This document shows, piece by piece, positions 60,884 to 64,000 of a stretch of DNA of 64,000 nucleotides. The DNA is taken from positions 321,926-385,925 of the forward strand of contig OZ253467.1 in NCBI GenBank assembly GCA_965261665.1, written 5' to 3'. The stretch's first letter is position 1. Every line of letters begins with the position of its first letter. A program made the translations under genes and the position numbers. This DNA comes from Dehalococcoidia bacterium (GTDB lineage Bacteria > Chloroflexota > Dehalococcoidia > Lucifugimonadales > GCA-2712585). Below the pieces are notes generated by a model. That model was not told where the DNA came from, ran no database searches, and saw only the letters and a program-made list of their open reading frames with translations.

Positions 60884-61039
60884 CTGCGTTACGGCAAGTT
60901 TAGCCATGCTTGATGAAGGGGAAGGGTAGGGCGATTGGGGGTGTGAGTGTAGGGAGCTGCCGAAGATGGCGGGGCGGGCCTTGAATAGTATGTGCTAAAA
61001 TGGTGTGTGCTCATTAGGTCAAAAGTTTGGAGGGCAATA

Positions 61040-61225
61040 ATGGCCACGGTTGAGGAAATTTCCAACCGAGTTAGCAGACTTGAAGGGGCCTATGATCATC
61101 TGGCTACCAAGGCGGATTTGGCGAACCTAAAGGCAGATTTAATCAAGTGGATGGTTGGAACGTTAGTCGTTGGCATGGCTGCCGCCGTTGCAGCTACCGC
61201 AGCCGTTGTGAGGGCCATAGGGTAA
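61040..61225 (+). CDS. DUF1640-like coiled-coil, tail-anchored small protein (copy B)
   Basis: Identical to copy A except for the last residues. Confidence 0.5.
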   Translation: MATVEEISNRVSRLEGAYDHLATKADLANLKADLIKWMVGTLVVGMAAAVAATAAVVRAIG

Positions 61226-61231
61226 ATTAAC

Positions 61232-62935
61232 AACGAATCGCAACGAACCTAGGCAAGGCAACGAGATTCCTCGACTCGGCTGTGCTTCGCTCGGAATGAC
61301 GGGTGGTTAGAGAGGGGAAGTGGAAGGGCAGTTCGCGAATCGCCCCTACGGGGAGTGGGGCGCTGGAATGACGGAGGGGAGGGCGCCCACTAGGGACGCC
61401 CCTACCAGATGGCTGACGGGCAGGGGGATGGGTCCCCGCATCCGCGTCTTCACGGGGTCGGGCTGTAAGGGGCAACAACGGAGGGATGGGTCCCCGCATC
61501 CGCGAGGACAACGGGAGGGGCGCGGGAGGGAGGGGGTGCTACGACAACGAGATTCCTCGACCCCGCTGTGCTTCGCTCGGAATGAGGGGTGGTTAGAGAG
61601 GGGAAGGGTAGGGACGGTTCGCCAACCACCCTAACCAGATGGCCGACGGGCAGGGGATGGGTCCCCGCATCCGCGAGGACAACGGGAAGGACGCGGGAGG
61701 GAGGGGGTGCTACGACAACGAGATTCCTCGACTCGGCTGTGCTTCGCTCGGAATGACGGGTAGTTAGAGAGGGGAAGGGTAGGGACGGTTCGCCAACCAC
61801 CCTAACCAGATGGCTGACGGGCAGAGGGATGGGTCCCCGCATCCGCGAGGACAACGGGAGGGGAGTGGGAGGGAGGGGGTGCTGCGACAACGAGATTCCT
61901 CGACTCCGCTGTGCTTAGCTGGGAATGAGGGGTGGTTAGAGAGGGGAAGGGGACGGGCGGTTCGCCAACCGCCCCTACCAGATGGCCGACGGGCAGGGGA
62001 TGGGTTCCCGCCTCCGCGAGGACAACGGGAGGGACGCGGGAGGGAGGGGGTGCTACGACAACGAGGTTCCTCGACTCGGCTGTGCTTCGCTCGGAATGAC
62101 GGGTGGTTAGAGAGGGGAAGGGTAGGGACGGTTCGCCAACCGCCCCTACCAGATGGCTGACGGGCAGGGGGATGGGTCCCCGCATCCGCGAGGACAACGG
62201 GAGGGGAGTGGGAGGGAGGGGGTGCTACGACAACGAGATTCCTCGACCCCGCTGTGTTTCGCTCGGAACGACGGGTGGTTAGAGAGGGGAAGGGGACGGG
62301 CGGTTCGCGAACCGCCCCTACCAGATGGCTGACGGGCAGGGGGATGGGTCCCCGCCTCCGCGAGGACAACGGGAAGGACGCGGGAGGGAGGGGGTGCTCC
62401 GACACCGAGGTTCCTCGACTCGGCTGTGCTTCGCTCGGAATGACGGGTGGTTAGAGAGGGGAAGAGGACGGGCGGTTCGCGAACCGCCCCTACCAGATGG
62501 CTGACGGGCAGAGGGATGGGTCCCCGCATCCGCGTCTTCACGGGGTCGGGCTGAAAGGGGCAACAACGGAGGGATGGGTCCCCGCATCCGCGAGGACAAC
62601 GGGGGGGACGCGGGAGGGAGGGGAAGGGGACGGGACGGTTCGCGAATCGCCCTTACCAGATGGCTGACGGGCAGGGGGATGGGTCCCCGCATCCGCGAGG
62701 ACAACGGGAGGGGCGCGGGAGGGAGGGGGTGCTACGACAACGAGATTCCTCGACTCCGCTGTGCTTCGCTCGGAACGACGGGTGGTTAGAGAGGGAAAGG
62801 GTAGGGACGGTTCGCCAACCACCCCTACGGAGGGAGAATACTGCCGGAGAGGGGGTTCACCCCCATCCCCCGTCTTCACGAGGGCAGACTCTAACCTTCC
62901 CCCATAAAGGGGGAAGGGATTTATAGGCGCGGAAA
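61232..62935. repeat. Tandem array of ~171-172-bp composite hairpin-repeat units
   Basis: The anchor CA(A/C)CGAG(A/G)TTCCTCGA occurs at 61259, 61545, 61716, 61888, 62059, 62231, 62403 and 62738. Each unit contains ..GCTCGGAATGA.., GGGCGGTTCGC(G/C)AACC(G/A)CCC and GGATGGGTCCCCGCATCCGCGAGGACAACGGGA. The array ends with a CCTTCCCCCATAAAGGGGGAAGG module. Confidence 0.9.
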
Positions 62936-62942
62936 GGGGTGG

Positions 62943-63794
62943 TTAGGTTTCTATGGGGGTGTCGTCGCGGTTGCCCCACTCGGCCCATGAGCCGTCGTAG
63001 TTGCGAGCGTCGGGGTAGCCTAGAAGCTTGAGGACAAAGGTGCCGTGCGCCGCACGGATTCCCGCTTGTCAATGAGCGTCTATACGCTTCTCAGGCGTTA
63101 TGCCGTTAGCCTCGAGGATGCTCCGAATTTCCGAAGCGGGCTTGAGCAGGTGCGTCCGGCCGTCCACCAACTCCAGCCATTCGAGATGAACGGCGCCGGC
63201 GATTCGTCCCGGTCTGCGGTTGCCGCGGGTGACGGACCCTTCGTATTCGCCCCGGCTTCTCACGTCCCAGACGACGACCTCCGGCTTGCGGTAGTCCGCC
63301 ATAAGCTCGGTCGCAGTAACCATCATCGAGTCGTCCTCACGTGGAGTGAAGGTTACCGGTGGCGGACTTCCGGGGGGAGCGTCGTTCACGGGACGGCCCT
63401 CGGAAAGCCACTTGCGCCATCCGCCGTCCATGACTTTGACGTTGGAGTGGCCATAGTGGTTGAGCGCCCACCAGAGGCGGGCGGCGTATAAACCGCGGGA
63501 GTTGTCGTAGGCCACCACCAGGGTTTCGTCGCCGATGCCCAACGACTCGGCGAGACTCTTGAAGCCCTGGGGGCCAAATATGTGTAGCCTGTTGGTGTCC
63601 GGGTCCTTCTGATAGTGATCCTTCTGAAACACCGCGCCGGGGACGTGGGCGCGCTGGTACTGATCCGGCACGTCGCAGTCCACCACGCAGAGGCCCGGCT
63701 CGCCCAGGTGCTCACCCAGCCAAGCGGTGTCCGTCAGGTACTCCGGATGCTCAAAGTCGGTTCTTTCACTCATGCTGCACTCCAAACTCGCCAC
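62943..63794 (-). CDS. Two-domain rhodanese (SseA/TST-like) sulfurtransferase with predicted selenocysteine (in-frame UGA at 63069-63071)
   Basis: The track ORF stops at ..RIDAH-TGA. The same frame continues [44 protein letters not shown] (62943-62945). The UGA occupies the catalytic-Cys position of the CxxGxR loop. A hairpin CCGTGC-GGC-GCACGG starts 14 nt downstream. Confidence 0.8.
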
Positions 63795-63907
63795 GCCTTG
63801 TTACCAGTCCAGGCGGACGTATTCTCTTGTATAATTGGCGCTTGGGAAGGACTAGCGCTCCTTCTCACGACAATATGCTACAAAATAGAGCCGGAGGCAA
63901 CCGAAGA

Positions 63908-64000
63908 ATGCCCAATCCAGTGATCCACTTTGAAATTCAGGTCAAGGACGCAGGGGCCGCCCAGGAATTCTATCGCAAGCTGTTTGACTGGAACATTGAC
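63908..64000 (+). CDS. VOC/glyoxalase-family protein (5' partial, runs off the window)
   Basis: MPNPVIHFEIQVKDAGAAQEFYRKLFDWNID is a typical VOC N-terminus. Confidence 0.6.
   Translation, partial: MPNPVIHFEIQVKDAGAAQEFYRKLFDWNID

Noticed and set aside
61232-62935. Possible CRISPR array, or a proline-rich repetitive protein (ORFs 61764..62405, 62146..62541 and others).
   Set aside because: It is not CRISPR because there are no unique spacers: the whole 171-172-bp unit repeats. It is not coding because all three minus-strand frames are open at once and each merely mirrors the repeat.

Overview
This is a high-GC bacterial chromosome segment. The core gene set is rny-ymdB-PHP-plsY, recA-recX, nadE, tatA plus tatB/tatC, trxA, lutABC and queG. 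That set suggests a Chloroflexota-like, monoderm-type lineage, but this is only a guess. I support about 75 CDS or pseudogenes and 7 tRNA genes. Six tRNAs form a minus-strand cluster, Leu-Cys-Leu-Trp-Arg-Ala, at 31.4-32.2 kb, and tRNA-Sec lies at 53.5 kb. I found no rRNA, CRISPR array, transposase or integrase.

Two non-genic themes dominate. (a) A family of GC-rich modular hairpin repeats forms large arrays at 1-2080 and 61232-62935. Smaller patches of the same modules sit behind many stop codons. (b) Several visibly AT-richer accessory islets are inserted between housekeeping genes.

Best leads:
1. A two-domain rhodanese has its catalytic-Cys codon replaced by an in-frame UGA (62943-63794), with tRNA-Sec in the same window.
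2. A translationally coupled TIR-like (Cap12/PycTIR-type) protein plus RNase HI cassette sits in an AT-rich islet next to recA.
3. A TcmP / Gp37-Gp68 (DUF5131) pair.
4. An MNT-HEPN module is followed by a 1.14-kb segmental duplication in which the second HEPN is fused to a DnaJ-type zinc ribbon.
5. A 1300-aa S1-protease/PKD/FN3 protein carries an unrecognised ~75-aa C-terminal repeat and is cut by a 147-bp MITE-like insertion.
6. An aldehyde dehydrogenase carries an extra N-terminal domain that also occurs as a stand-alone paralog.

All functional calls come from motif recognition by eye on the supplied translations and on my own hand translations. No searches or statistics were run. Start codons are often uncertain.
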